64,000 nt of DNA from Candidatus Aenigmatarchaeota archaeon (GCA_032249395.1 JAVVFY010000002.1:4239-68238), one strand, 5' to 3'; positions 1-9,469 are shown, counted from the stretch's first letter. The notes: a model not told the origin generated them from the letters alone. Made by a program: numbers and translations.

Positions 1-488
1 TTGTCGCTAGATTTCTGATATTTGCTCCAAAAGAAAGCGAAAGGAGAAATGTTGGTGCAGCAATCTTAGTTGGTATAATAGCATACATAATTTATTTCTT
101 ATCAAACTTGCTTGTTCTTTATCTTTCTAGATTAAGAGAATTTTACGCTGATAGATTTTCTGGAGAGCATACAAATCCTCGAGCATTGGCAAGAGCTTTA
201 GCAAAAATAACTTATGGGTTATCAACTAGTGAAGATAGGATTGAAAATTCTGCAGTAAGATCGTTCTTTATTGCAGACCCAATAACGGCAACAAAAGAGA
301 TTTCAACATTCAGAAACGAATATGATGACTTAGAAATCGATGAAACTGAATTGAAAAAAGCAATGGAATGGGAGAAAAAGAATATATTCGCTCGGGTAGC
401 TGAAATATTTTCGACCCACCCACTGACTTTTAAAAGGATAAAGGCGCTTAAAGAACTGGAAGTAGAATTAAAGTCAAAAAATAAATAA
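1..488 (+). CDS. htpX: HtpX/M48 zinc metalloprotease, 5'-truncated by window edge
   Basis: Frame open from position 3; motifs SRLREFYADRF, LARALAKI and FSTHPLTFKRI are typical of the HtpX C-terminus. Confidence 0.85.
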   Translation, partial: VARFLIFAPKESERRNVGAAILVGIIAYIIYFLSNLLVLYLSRLREFYADRFSGEHTNPRALARALAKITYGLSTSEDRIENSAVRSFFIADPITATKEISTFRNEYDDLEIDETELKKAMEWEKKNIFARVAEIFSTHPLTFKRIKALKELEVELKSKNK

Positions 489-492
489 TTTT

Positions 493-1212
493 ATGAAATA
501 CTTGTTGCTCTCAAAAGATTTTAAAATTGTAGTAGAAGAGGGAAAAAGTAAAATATCGACTCATCTTGGAAATATTGATTTGAAGAACCTGAAAAAGAGA
601 AAGAAAATAAAATCGCATTTGGGAAAAGAATTTTTTGTAGTTAAACCAAACATTCTTGATTTAATAGAAGAAATGAAAAGAGGCGCACAAGTTATATTGC
701 CTAAAGATGTTGCAATTATAATTGCTTATACTGGTTTAATGCCTTACTGGAAAGTTTTAGATGTTGGAACTGGAAGTGCTTTCTCTTCAATATTTCTTGC
801 AAATTATTTGACTAAAGGAAAAGTTGTTACCTATGAAAAGGATGAAAGATTCTATAAAATTGCAAAAGAAAACATTGAGTTTTCGGAGTTGAAAAACATC
901 AAGATCGTAAAAAAAGATTTTCTTAAAGGAATTAAAGAAAAAGATTTTGACCTAATACTTCTTGATTTAGAAGAAGCAAACAAAGCGATAAAGATTGCTT
1001 ATAAATCTCTTAAAGTTGGTGGATATCTTGTTGTTTATTCACCGACCGTAAATCATTTGATGAAAGTTTGCAAAGAGATGAAAAAGTTTGATTTTACAGA
1101 GATGAAAATAGTTGAGAATATTGTTAGAGAGTGGCAATTTGAAAAAACTCTTAGACCAAAAACAAAAGGAATAATGCACACTGGCTTTATAACAATAGCA
1201 AGAAAGATTTAA
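493..1212 (+). CDS. trmI: tRNA (adenine-N1)-methyltransferase TrmI/Gcd14 family
   Basis: KRGAQVILPKD, VLDVGTGS SAM motif, LDL, C-terminal LRP..HTGFITIARK. Confidence 0.9.
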   Translation: MKYLLLSKDFKIVVEEGKSKISTHLGNIDLKNLKKRKKIKSHLGKEFFVVKPNILDLIEEMKRGAQVILPKDVAIIIAYTGLMPYWKVLDVGTGSAFSSIFLANYLTKGKVVTYEKDERFYKIAKENIEFSELKNIKIVKKDFLKGIKEKDFDLILLDLEEANKAIKIAYKSLKVGGYLVVYSPTVNHLMKVCKEMKKFDFTEMKIVENIVREWQFEKTLRPKTKGIMHTGFITIARKI

Positions 1213-1678
1213 AAAATCATACAAACAAAACCTTTGCTCAAAAATGGAATTAAAGCACAAATTATTGCTAGGATATACCAACTTTTAATATTAATTGCTC
1301 CTTTAGTTGACTCTCCGTCTTCTCCCTATTCCTTCCAATTCTTTATTTCATTTACAAAAATACGTGGGATTGGAATAACGAATCAGCATCATAACCATCT
1401 TTACCATTTTTATCCAAAATGTAAATTACATCAAAACAAACCAATTATCGAAATGTTAATTATTATACCTTTTCTATTCCTACATAAAATCTGTTTCAGA
1501 CTTTTTCAATTCCTCTATCCTATTCTTAGCGCAACAAAACTCTCCGAACCAATTGGCTGTCTTGAAACCTTTGAATCAACCTCAATTCCAACTATTTCAA
1601 TATCATAAGAATATTTCTTACATTCTTCTTTAGTATCCTCGATTTCTACTGGATTTTTGAGCTTACTAAAACTTTCAT
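1213..1678 (-). pseudogene. yjjX: Degraded YjjX/DUF84-type inosine/xanthosine triphosphatase
   Basis: Minus-strand pieces across several frameshifts: MKVLVSSK / NPVEIE..IEIVGIEVDSKVSRQPIG / AKNRIEEL / YVGIEKG / ALIPFL, matching the family motif order. Confidence 0.7.
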
Positions 1679-1710
1679 TAATAGATTTGATAAAGAAATT
1701 AAAAATTGGT

Positions 1711-1785
1711 GGGGCCGTGGTGTAGCTTGGTTAGCACGCGAGCCTCGGGCGCTCGAAGTCCTGGGTTCAAATCCCAGCGGCCCCA
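1711..1785 (+). tRNA. tRNA-Pro(CGG)
   Basis: GGGGCCG/CGGCCCC acceptor, anticodon stem CGAGC-CTCGGGC-GCTCG, TTCAAAT T-loop. Confidence 0.95.
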
Positions 1786-1818
1786 ACTAGTTTATGAATT
1801 GATAAGAAAATTCATTTT

Positions 1819-2130
1819 ATGAGAAGAGGCAAAAAACCTGAGTGGCAAAGAAAGATTGCAAAAGAGAGAATAGAGATTCTTTTGAATCTAGCAAAAATCG
1901 AAGTAAAAAAGAATTTGGAAAGAGCAAGAAGATATGTAGAGTTAGCGAGAACGATTGGAAAGAGATACAATGTTAGACTAACAAGAGAACAAAAAGATTC
2001 TTTTTGTAAAAAATGTAATACTCCTTTAATTCCAAGCTTTACAATGAAGACTTGGCTGGATCCTCAAACTAAAACAAAAATTATTAAATGTCTAAAATGC
2101 AATTATATTTATAGAAAACCATATAAGTGA
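1819..2130 (+). CDS. rnp4: RNase P protein component Rpp21
   Basis: IAKERIEIL, ARRYVELA, FCKKC...CLKC zinc ribbon. Confidence 0.92.
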   Translation: MRRGKKPEWQRKIAKERIEILLNLAKIEVKKNLERARRYVELARTIGKRYNVRLTREQKDSFCKKCNTPLIPSFTMKTWLDPQTKTKIIKCLKCNYIYRKPYK

Positions 2131-2134
2131 TAAT

Positions 2135-2365
2135 ATGAGAATGATAACCATATTGGCATTTTTGGTGATGTTTTTTTCTGCATTTGGTATTTTATTTATA
2201 TTTGACAATATAAATAAAATAGCAGAAGAATGTCAAAAAGGTCTGCTTAATCCAACTGTTTGTAGAAACTTCACCGGTTTTGGTATGAATGTGATAATGA
2301 TTCTTCTGATAATTGCAGGCTTCGTTTTAGTAATTTCCTCTACATTCTTTATAATAATTAGATGA
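2135..2365 (+). CDS. Small two-TM membrane protein
   Basis: Two hydrophobic segments flanking a Cys-containing loop; tightly packed in operon. Confidence 0.6.
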   Translation: MRMITILAFLVMFFSAFGILFIFDNINKIAEECQKGLLNPTVCRNFTGFGMNVIMILLIIAGFVLVISSTFFIIIR

Positions 2366-2412
2366 CTACTTGCTAAAAGTAATATTTATAAGCTTTATTT
2401 ATAAGTGATATT

Positions 2413-3228
2413 ATGATTTCGGTATCCCAAAAAACGATGGATGCATTAAAATCGATAGGCTTAAACTTGTATGAAAGAAAATTGTGGGTAGCTCTTTTGG
2501 CTAGGGGTTCGTCTTCGGTAGGAGAGTTAGCCGATGCTGCAAATGTTCCAAGAAGTAGAGCTTATGACGTACTACAGAGTTTAGCAAATAAAGGTTTTGT
2601 TGTTCTACAGCCATCAAAACCATTAAAAGCTGTAGCTTTGCCTCCAGAAGAGGCTTTAGAAAGAGTAAAGAAAAGATTGGAAGAAGAATACAGAGAAGCT
2701 GTAGCGAGAATTGAAGAACTAAAAGCTAGTCCAGTAATTAGAGAACTAAAAGAAATATATCAAAAGGGAATCAAATCAATTTCTCCAGAAGAAATAACTA
2801 GCGCATTAAAGGGAAGAACTCTAGTATTCCAAAGATTGGAATCTATGTTTAAAGTAGCTTCAAAAAATATAAGCATAATTACAACTAATGAAGGATTGAA
2901 AGAATTAGTAGCTAATCATCTAGAACACTTAAAGCAAGCAAAAGAAAGAGGAGTAGAAATAAAAATTGTTGTCACACCAACAGAAGAAGCAAAAGAAGAG
3001 ATAAAAGCATTGAAAGATGTAGGAGATATCAGATTTATAAATGAAAAAGAAATTCCAATAAAAGGTAATATTGCAATAGTAGATAATAAGGAAGTCATTA
3101 TGGGATTGGTAAATCCTGAAGAAGAAAAAAGCGAAGAAATAGCAATTTGGACAAAAAGCCCGCACGCGGCAAGCAACGTATTAGCTCCTATTTTCAACCT
3201 AATATGGCAAAAGTCTAGATCAATTTAA
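2413..3228 (+). CDS. TrmB-family transcriptional regulator/chromatin protein
   Basis: LKSIGLNLYE...VPRSRAYDVLQSLANKGFV wHTH plus PLD-like C-domain (IAIVDNKEV). Confidence 0.88.
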   Translation: MISVSQKTMDALKSIGLNLYERKLWVALLARGSSSVGELADAANVPRSRAYDVLQSLANKGFVVLQPSKPLKAVALPPEEALERVKKRLEEEYREAVARIEELKASPVIRELKEIYQKGIKSISPEEITSALKGRTLVFQRLESMFKVASKNISIITTNEGLKELVANHLEHLKQAKERGVEIKIVVTPTEEAKEEIKALKDVGDIRFINEKEIPIKGNIAIVDNKEVIMGLVNPEEEKSEEIAIWTKSPHAASNVLAPIFNLIWQKSRSI

Positions 3229-5039
3229 AAACCAGGTCTCTTAGAAACTTCAATCGGCAAATTAATCATCTTCTTTGGAAATTCTTTAGTCTCTTCTTCT
3301 ATTTCTTTTATTAGATCTTCCTCTATCATTTCCCTTATTTGACCTCTTTTTCTATCTCTAACCATTAATTTTTTACTTGCAATCTCCTTCTCCCCAAAAA
3401 CTATTATATAATTTATCCAAGAAGTTTCGGCGTCCCTCACTTTCTTCTCCACAGTCTCTTCCCTATCGTCTAAGTCGGCTCTAATCATCCTTTCTCTCAA
3501 CCTAACTACCAGTTTCTTTGCCTCTTCTATGTACTTACTTGAAACTGGTATTATTCTTACCTGAATAGGAGAGAGCCATAAAGGTAATGTTGGATTTTCC
3601 TCCTTTACTAAATTGTCGAAGATCGTGTACATAAATCTCTCCAAACTTCCTAAAATTGCAGTATGTAAAATTATTGGATGTCTTTTCTTCCCGTTGTTGT
3701 CAACATAAGTTATACCGAATCTCTCAGCATTACCTAAATCTATTTGAACTGTACCTATCTCTCTTGCTCTACCCAACTCATCTATAATATGATATTCTAT
3801 ATTCAAAACCCAATAGTAGTTTATTCCTGGAGGATAAACACAAATTAAAACCGGATAGTGTTCTCTTTCAAGCAACTTCATGAAAAATTCTCTATTTTTC
3901 TCCAAAAATTCTAAAGAAGTTAGGTTGTATAATGAAACATACTTTCTGCCTAGCTTTTCCATTTCTGAATGAATTGTTTTGTGTAAAATTAAAAACTGTT
4001 CTTTAGCTTCTTCCAAATCTTTACAAAAAACGTGAAGATCTGGCATCATAAGTCTCCTAACTCTGAATCCAAGTAAAAGCTCACCAGATTGCTCGAATCT
4101 ATAACTATCTGCAATCTCAAAAGCTCCAAAAGGCAAACTACTATAACTCAATTGCCAATGTTTTATCATAGCAAACTGTTGAAAGCATGCTGCATATCTT
4201 AGAACTAAATGTCTATCTTCTGACTTTGATACATACATTCTCTGACCAAATAAGGAAGCGTGTTCTGCGATAGCTTTCTCTTTTAAATTGAACATATTAG
4301 TTCCTCTCACAAAGTATACTGGAAATGGTAACTTAGAAACAACACTAGAAACATACTCCCCTAGCATATCCAAAATAAAAGCACCTAGAGGTCCATACCT
4401 CATATGACCCAAATCTGACATTTCTTCCCATTCAATTCCAAATTTCTTCATGAATTTTATATAAGAGGGTTCTGGATTTTCTCTTCCTTTAGCACCAAAA
4501 GCTTCCTGTTCCACTAAAATCTTAAAATCTTCTTCTCCTTCTTTAAACTTATATCTATCTACTTCAATTAAACTTCCATCTTTAGTTAAAACAAAGTACT
4601 TCTTCTCTATTTTTCTCTCTAAGGGTTTTCCTTTTATTATATCTTTTAACTGCTCCGCCAAAGGGTGTCCTTTAACTGAAAAACTTAATCTCTTTATCCA
4701 ACCGAAAGGTGCCCTATAGACTTCTATTCCCTTCTCTTTTGCCAACCTCTCCATTTCTATTAGTATTGAAAGAGATGTTGAAGGATCTGCAAGCCTATTA
4801 GAAAGATGAGCATATGGATAGATTAATATTTTATTAACTTTTAAGACTTTTAAAGACTTCTCTATTTCTTCTATGGCCATGTTAGCAAAGCTTTTATCAT
4901 CATCTTCTTCAATTGTGATTAGTAAAAGAAGGCATTCATCTATTCTTATTCTTCTTTTTTCTACTTCTTCTGCTGCACTCATTTCTTTTTGAATTGGTTC
5001 ATACTCAACAAAGTCTACATGAAGTTGCAATATCTTCAT
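3225..5039 (-). CDS. thrS: Threonyl-tRNA synthetase (archaeal type with N-terminal editing domain)
   Basis: MKILQLHVD, YPYAHLS, RAPFGW, KGHPLAE, LRYAAC, SYRFEQSGEL, GSLER. Confidence 0.97.
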   Translation of the reverse strand: MKILQLHVDFVEYEPIQKEMSAAEEVEKRRIRIDECLLLLITIEEDDDKSFANMAIEEIEKSLKVLKVNKILIYPYAHLSNRLADPSTSLSILIEMERLAKEKGIEVYRAPFGWIKRLSFSVKGHPLAEQLKDIIKGKPLERKIEKKYFVLTKDGSLIEVDRYKFKEGEEDFKILVEQEAFGAKGRENPEPSYIKFMKKFGIEWEEMSDLGHMRYGPLGAFILDMLGEYVSSVVSKLPFPVYFVRGTNMFNLKEKAIAEHASLFGQRMYVSKSEDRHLVLRYAACFQQFAMIKHWQLSYSSLPFGAFEIADSYRFEQSGELLLGFRVRRLMMPDLHVFCKDLEEAKEQFLILHKTIHSEMEKLGRKYVSLYNLTSLEFLEKNREFFMKLLEREHYPVLICVYPPGINYYWVLNIEYHIIDELGRAREIGTVQIDLGNAERFGITYVDNNGKKRHPIILHTAILGSLERFMYTIFDNLVKEENPTLPLWLSPIQVRIIPVSSKYIEEAKKLVVRLRERMIRADLDDREETVEKKVRDAETSWINYIIVFGEKEIASKKLMVRDRKRGQIREMIEEDLIKEIEEETKEFPKKMINLPIEVSKRPGF

Positions 5040-5130
5040 TTATCTCCACCTCTTGTCAAAATTAAAGAAACACTAAATAATTTAACTATTAAAGAATAAA
5101 AGAAATCTAAACTAAAAAAGTGTTTGGTGT

Positions 5131-5319
5131 TCACCTTGCATAATTTTGTTTTACTTTTTTTATATTTAAGCTTTTCTTTTTAAGTAGTGAACTTAAGTAA
5201 GCTATCTTTTCCTGCCAAAATTTTGCCTCTTTTAGAGTTCTAGCTTGAAATAGGCATTCTTTTGCTATTTCCAGTTGCTCCATTATGTAATTTTTTTCTA
5301 AGTCAGCTTTACCTCTCAT
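5131..5319 (-). CDS. Small hypothetical protein
   Basis: 62-aa ATG ORF filling the gap, helical charged composition. Confidence 0.5.
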   Translation of the reverse strand: MRGKADLEKNYIMEQLEIAKECLFQARTLKEAKFWQEKIAYLSSLLKKKSLNIKKVKQNYAR

Positions 5320-5410
5320 ATCACTATTTAGTAGTTAAATATTTAAGTTTTACTATTAAACAGTAATAATGATATTTTGTTTATATTTCTAACCTTATAA
5401 AAATAAAAAA

Positions 5411-6829
5411 ATGGATGCTAAATCGTTTCTTAAGAAAGTTCTTAAACAAATACTACCCGATAGAAAAACAGAGAGAGAGTTAAAAATCTTAGCCAAAAAA
5501 GTTTTATCTTTGGCAAAAAAGAAAGCAAAAAAATATAAAGCTGAAGCCATGATTGTTGGGAGCATAACCCGAGATACTTGGCTCCCCGATAAGAAAGAGT
5601 TTGACATCTTTATTCTTTTTCCACCCAATTTAACTATTCAAGAATTGGAAAAGTATGGTTTGGATATTGGCAAGCAAATCGTTAAAGAAATGAAAGGAAG
5701 TTTTACTTTAAAATATGCGCAACATCCGTATTTATCTGCAAAAATAAACGACGTAGAAGTAGATATTGTACCTTCATATAAAATAAGAGACGTATCAGAA
5801 ATGAAAAGTGCTGTAGATAGAACTCCATTTCATGTTAAGTACTTAGAAAAACATTTGAAGAAAAATCAAAGTAATGAAGTTAGACTCCTAAAAAAGTTTT
5901 TAAAATCTCACAACTTATACGGAGCTGATGCAAAGACGGAAGGGTTTTCTGGCTATTTGTGTGAGCTTTTGATAATAAAATATAAGACATTTTTAAACTT
6001 GTTAAAATCTGCTACAAAATGGAAGCTTCAGGAAATAATTGACATAGAAAATTTTTATAAAAAGGAAGAATACGAAGCAGTCAGAAGAATATTCAAAGAT
6101 CAGCCTTTAATAGTAATAGATCCTACGGACAAGAATAGAAATGTTGCTGCAGCTTTAAGCGTAGAAAATTTTTATAAATTCAAAAAAGTATCGGAAGAAT
6201 TTCTTATCAATCCTTGCGAGGAAACATTTTTTGGAAAAACGAATTATATTACTGATTTGGAGTTTTCTAGAATAATTTTGAAGAGAAACACAGAAATCCT
6301 TTTAATAAAATTTAAGCCACCAAAAGTTTCTCCAGACATACTTTGGCCTCAGCTAAGAAAATTTGCAAACCGTATTGAGAATATACTAGAAGAAAGAAAG
6401 TACGAGTTTAAAGTTTATGGAAAAGGTGTATACACTGACGAAAATGAATTAGCACTAGTTTTATTAGAAATGGAAGTAAATTCTTTACCGAATGTCCAAA
6501 AAATTATTGGACCTATTGTGTTTGACGAAAAAAACTCTAAATCATTTCTCGAAGCTCACAAAAATCCATTAGTTGGCCCTTATATTGAAGACAAAAGATG
6601 GGTAGTCGAGGTGGAGAGAAAATTCAAAACTGCTAAGGAAAAAATTGTTGACACCCTTAATAAGCCTTTAGATATACTTAAAGCTAAAGGGATACCAAAC
6701 TATATCGCTGAAGCTATATCAAAAGGTTTTGAAGTTATTAGCGGCGAAGAAATTGAAAAGCTATTAAGAGAAAGGAGAGATGTTGGAGTATTCTTTTATA
6801 ATTATTTCTACAAGAAAAAACTAATTTAA
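5411..6829 (+). CDS. cca: Archaeal class I CCA-adding enzyme
   Basis: VGSITRDTWL..FDIF, YAQHPY, VDIVP, SAVDRTPFH, GFSGYLCELL. Confidence 0.96.
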   Translation: MDAKSFLKKVLKQILPDRKTERELKILAKKVLSLAKKKAKKYKAEAMIVGSITRDTWLPDKKEFDIFILFPPNLTIQELEKYGLDIGKQIVKEMKGSFTLKYAQHPYLSAKINDVEVDIVPSYKIRDVSEMKSAVDRTPFHVKYLEKHLKKNQSNEVRLLKKFLKSHNLYGADAKTEGFSGYLCELLIIKYKTFLNLLKSATKWKLQEIIDIENFYKKEEYEAVRRIFKDQPLIVIDPTDKNRNVAAALSVENFYKFKKVSEEFLINPCEETFFGKTNYITDLEFSRIILKRNTEILLIKFKPPKVSPDILWPQLRKFANRIENILEERKYEFKVYGKGVYTDENELALVLLEMEVNSLPNVQKIIGPIVFDEKNSKSFLEAHKNPLVGPYIEDKRWVVEVERKFKTAKEKIVDTLNKPLDILKAKGIPNYIAEAISKGFEVISGEEIEKLLRERRDVGVFFYNYFYKKKLI

Positions 6830-6831
6830 TA

Positions 6832-7755
6832 ATGATAGTTTTAACATTTTTGGGCACAGTATCAGGAATACCTAGCAAAGAAAGAAATCATCCAGCAATA
6901 GTTTTAGAGTATTTTTATTACAAAAAAGATACTTTGCTTTTTGATTGTGGTGAAGGAACACAAAAACAACTTATGAATGCTGGAATAAGCTTTATGGACA
7001 TAAGTAAGATTTTTATAACTCATTGGCATGCAGACCACTTTGGAGGATTAATACCATTACTACAAACTATGAACCTAGAAAAAAGGAGAAGCGAACTAAC
7101 AATATTCGGACCTGAAGCAAGTAGATTTGTTCAAACCATATTAAATTTAGGATATTTTGGATTGAGATTTCCTGTGAAAGCGGTAGACGTACCTTATGAG
7201 GGAAAACAAATTGTTAAAGTATATGAACACAAGTTATACGAAATACTTTCCATTCCGGTATTGCATACAATACCATCTGTTGCTTTCGCCTTTAAGGAAA
7301 AGGATGTGTGGAGGATCGATGAGAGAAGGCTAAAGGAATTGGGCTTGAAAAAAGGGAAGTGGCTAAAAGAATTGAAAGAAAAGGGAGAAGTTGTTTATAA
7401 CGGGAAAAAAATTAGGATAGAAGAAGTAGCAAAGCTTCAAAAGGGTTTAAAAGTTGTATATAGTGGAGATACAAAACCTTGCGATAACATTATAGAATTA
7501 TCAAAAGATGCTGATGTATTAATTCATGATGCAACCTTTTTGGAAGAAGATGAAGATACGCAAAAATATCATTCAAGTGTTAAAGATGCAGCAATAGTAG
7601 CAAAAAAGGCAAATGTCAAAAAACTGATTTTAACTCATATTAGTAGAAGATACAGAAATGATGATATAGAAAGAATTATAAATGAAGCTAAACAAGTCTT
7701 CGACAATGTTGAAGTTGCATATGATTTAATGAAAGTTGTTTTAAAAAGAGAATAA
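6832..7755 (+). CDS. rnz: Ribonuclease Z
   Basis: FLGT, FDCGEGTQ, THWHADH, YSGDT, HDATF, LTHISRRY. Confidence 0.96.
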   Translation: MIVLTFLGTVSGIPSKERNHPAIVLEYFYYKKDTLLFDCGEGTQKQLMNAGISFMDISKIFITHWHADHFGGLIPLLQTMNLEKRRSELTIFGPEASRFVQTILNLGYFGLRFPVKAVDVPYEGKQIVKVYEHKLYEILSIPVLHTIPSVAFAFKEKDVWRIDERRLKELGLKKGKWLKELKEKGEVVYNGKKIRIEEVAKLQKGLKVVYSGDTKPCDNIIELSKDADVLIHDATFLEEDEDTQKYHSSVKDAAIVAKKANVKKLILTHISRRYRNDDIERIINEAKQVFDNVEVAYDLMKVVLKRE

Positions 7756-7787
7756 AAGAGCAAAATTATGAAGCATAAAAGCTAGTC

Positions 7788-7815
7788 TCTAGAGATAATT
7801 ATATTTATCTCTAGC
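7788..7815. other. Candidate dif-like tyrosine recombinase site
   Basis: TCTAGAGATAA-TTATAT-TTATCTCTAGC: 28 bp, 10-bp perfect inverted arms, 6-bp spacer, ATAA-N6-TTAT core, intergenic. Confidence 0.65.
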
Positions 7816-7886
7816 CAAAAATGTCATTTTTTTGAACTTTATTTATAGTTTTTGTATTCTACAGAATATATTTCAGTGTGAATGAA

Positions 7887-8093
7887 TCATTCATAAATCA
7901 CATTAGCCTCCAGAACAATTGCTTTTCCTCCCCTCGCCCTTATAAAAGAAGCTATTTCTATTAATTTTTGAGTGCTTTCATGGGTCCAAACAGACTTCTG
8001 GATCATTCTTGCACCAATTTTGTTCAATTTTCTGTTTATCTTCAGTTTCAAAGCTGAAGAACCACTTCCAAGTTGAAAAATAATCAAATACAT
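7887..8093 (-). CDS. Cas2/VapD/PaaX-central-domain-like small protein
   Basis: MYLIIFQL...KINRKLNKIGARMIQKSVW fits the beta1-helix-G-x-x-x-Q-x-S-V-W pattern; the usual Asp after beta1 is Gln. Confidence 0.6.
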   Translation of the reverse strand: MYLIIFQLGSGSSALKLKINRKLNKIGARMIQKSVWTHESTQKLIEIASFIRARGGKAIVLEANVIYE

Positions 8094-8630
8094 TATGATA
8101 CTTTAGTATCAAAAATATAAATACATTTATATACCGAAAAATATATATTAGTGTGAAGTAACGAAAAAGAATGAATCAAAAAATATATAATATAAAATAA
8201 ATTTTAAAAAAACAATATTATAAAATATAGTATGGTGTGAATATAAACTAAAGATAAAATAAGCTAAAGATAAAATTCGAAAAAGTGAAGATTTTGATAA
8301 CGTGAGATGAGTTAAAAATAAAATCTGGCGTTGAAAGGTATCAAAAAAATTTAATAAGATAAATTAAAAGTGATGAAAACCGTAGGTAAAATTCGAATCA
8401 AAAATATTGAAAATAAATAAAAAGAAAAGAAACAGAGATGTGAGAATTATTAAACATAAAAAATATAAAATCACAAAGTGATGAAATTAGGAAAAGCAAC
8501 TAACATCAGAAATAAAAATGAAAATTTAGAAAGCGTGATATAAACAATAGATAAATTCAAACAATATGAAGGTGAGAGTTCTGAACAAAAATTTAAATAC
8601 AAAAACTAATTACTTAGATGGGCGTGATAT
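8094..8630. promoter_or_regulatory. A-rich non-coding region with co-oriented GTGA motifs
   Basis: No ORF; GTGA at 8153, 8237, 8285, 8302, 8370, 8440, 8478, 8535, 8572, 8624; CTAAAGATAAAAT x2 (8248, 8264); palindrome ATCAC-AAA-GTGAT 8470-8482. Confidence 0.55.
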
Positions 8631-9469
8631 CTTTTATAAAGAAAATATTATTTGGAGAAAAACAACCTGAACGATTCAGCGATTCACAGCGATTTGAATC
8701 GATGAATCAATTGATTCGTATCGATTTGAATCGAGCTGAATCGGAAAGAATCGAGCTGAATCGAGCTGAATCGATGAATCAATCGATTGAATCGCCCAAA
8801 TCAACAATTATCTCTAGCGAAAAGGAGGAAAAACCAACAATTTCTATCGATAAAGAATCTCTTAAGGTTGGCATGGCAGCTGGCTATATCTCACGCTCCC
8901 TAATAAGTATAGAAGATGGAATAGAAAGGATAGAAATTTCAATGCCATCCAAAGAATGGATAACCATGAACATTCTTCCAAAAATAGAGCAAGTACAACA
9001 AGCAATATACAACATAAGGGAAATCCTAATGGATCATGAAAGAAACGAGGAAAAAAGATTTGAAGTATTATTAGAAGCAATAAACAAACTAAAAACTATG
9101 GCACCCTCACTACCAGAACCGATAAAAACTGAAATTTTATCTACAGTTGCGTCATTGAAATCTGCTACCCTAACTCCCAAAATGCAACAAATTCTCGACA
9201 TTCTCAAAGAAAGAAGAGAAATTAGTTACCAAGAACTTGCTGAAAAACTTGGAATAACAACAGATGGTCTAAGAGGTATACTCTCCAGAATGGTAAAAGT
9301 ATGTGACGAAATCGAGCGATTTGAAAAAGATGGTAAGGGATGGATAAGAATTAAATCGATTCAAAGCGATTTGAATCGATCAGAATCGCTAGATCAAAGC
9401 AGTAGACTAGAAATAAAAGAACAAAAAGAGGAAAATAAGGAAAATAAAGACCTTTCAGATATGCCATAA
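8618..9469 (+). CDS. Coiled-coil plus C-terminal winged-helix DNA-binding protein with intragenic DNA repeats
   Basis: LTPKMQQILDIL..ISYQELAEKLGITTDGLRGILSRM..GWIRI wHTH. Confidence 0.75.
   Translation: MGVISFIKKILFGEKQPERFSDSQRFESMNQLIRIDLNRAESERIELNRAESMNQSIESPKSTIISSEKEEKPTISIDKESLKVGMAAGYISRSLISIEDGIERIEISMPSKEWITMNILPKIEQVQQAIYNIREILMDHERNEEKRFEVLLEAINKLKTMAPSLPEPIKTEILSTVASLKSATLTPKMQQILDILKERREISYQELAEKLGITTDGLRGILSRMVKVCDEIERFEKDGKGWIRIKSIQSDLNRSESLDQSSRLEIKEQKEENKENKDLSDMP
8673..8793. repeat. Intragenic GAATCG/GATTC array, partly in 10-bp phase
   Basis: 12 GAWTC sites; GAATCG at 8728, 8738, 8748, 8758, 8768. Confidence 0.9.
9309..9390. repeat. Second intragenic motif cluster with an 11-bp inverted repeat
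   Basis: ATCGATTCAAA-GCGA-TTTGAATCGAT at 9355-9380; AGCGATTTGAATCGAT at 9365-9380 is identical to 8688-8703. Confidence 0.85.

Noticed and set aside
1234..1608. 124-aa plus-strand ORF
   Set aside because: Antisense shadow of the yjjX pseudogene; TTG start and implausible composition.
8673..8793. Mini-CRISPR array
   Set aside because: Repeat units are 5-10 bp without unique 30-40 bp spacers and lie in an intact reading frame.
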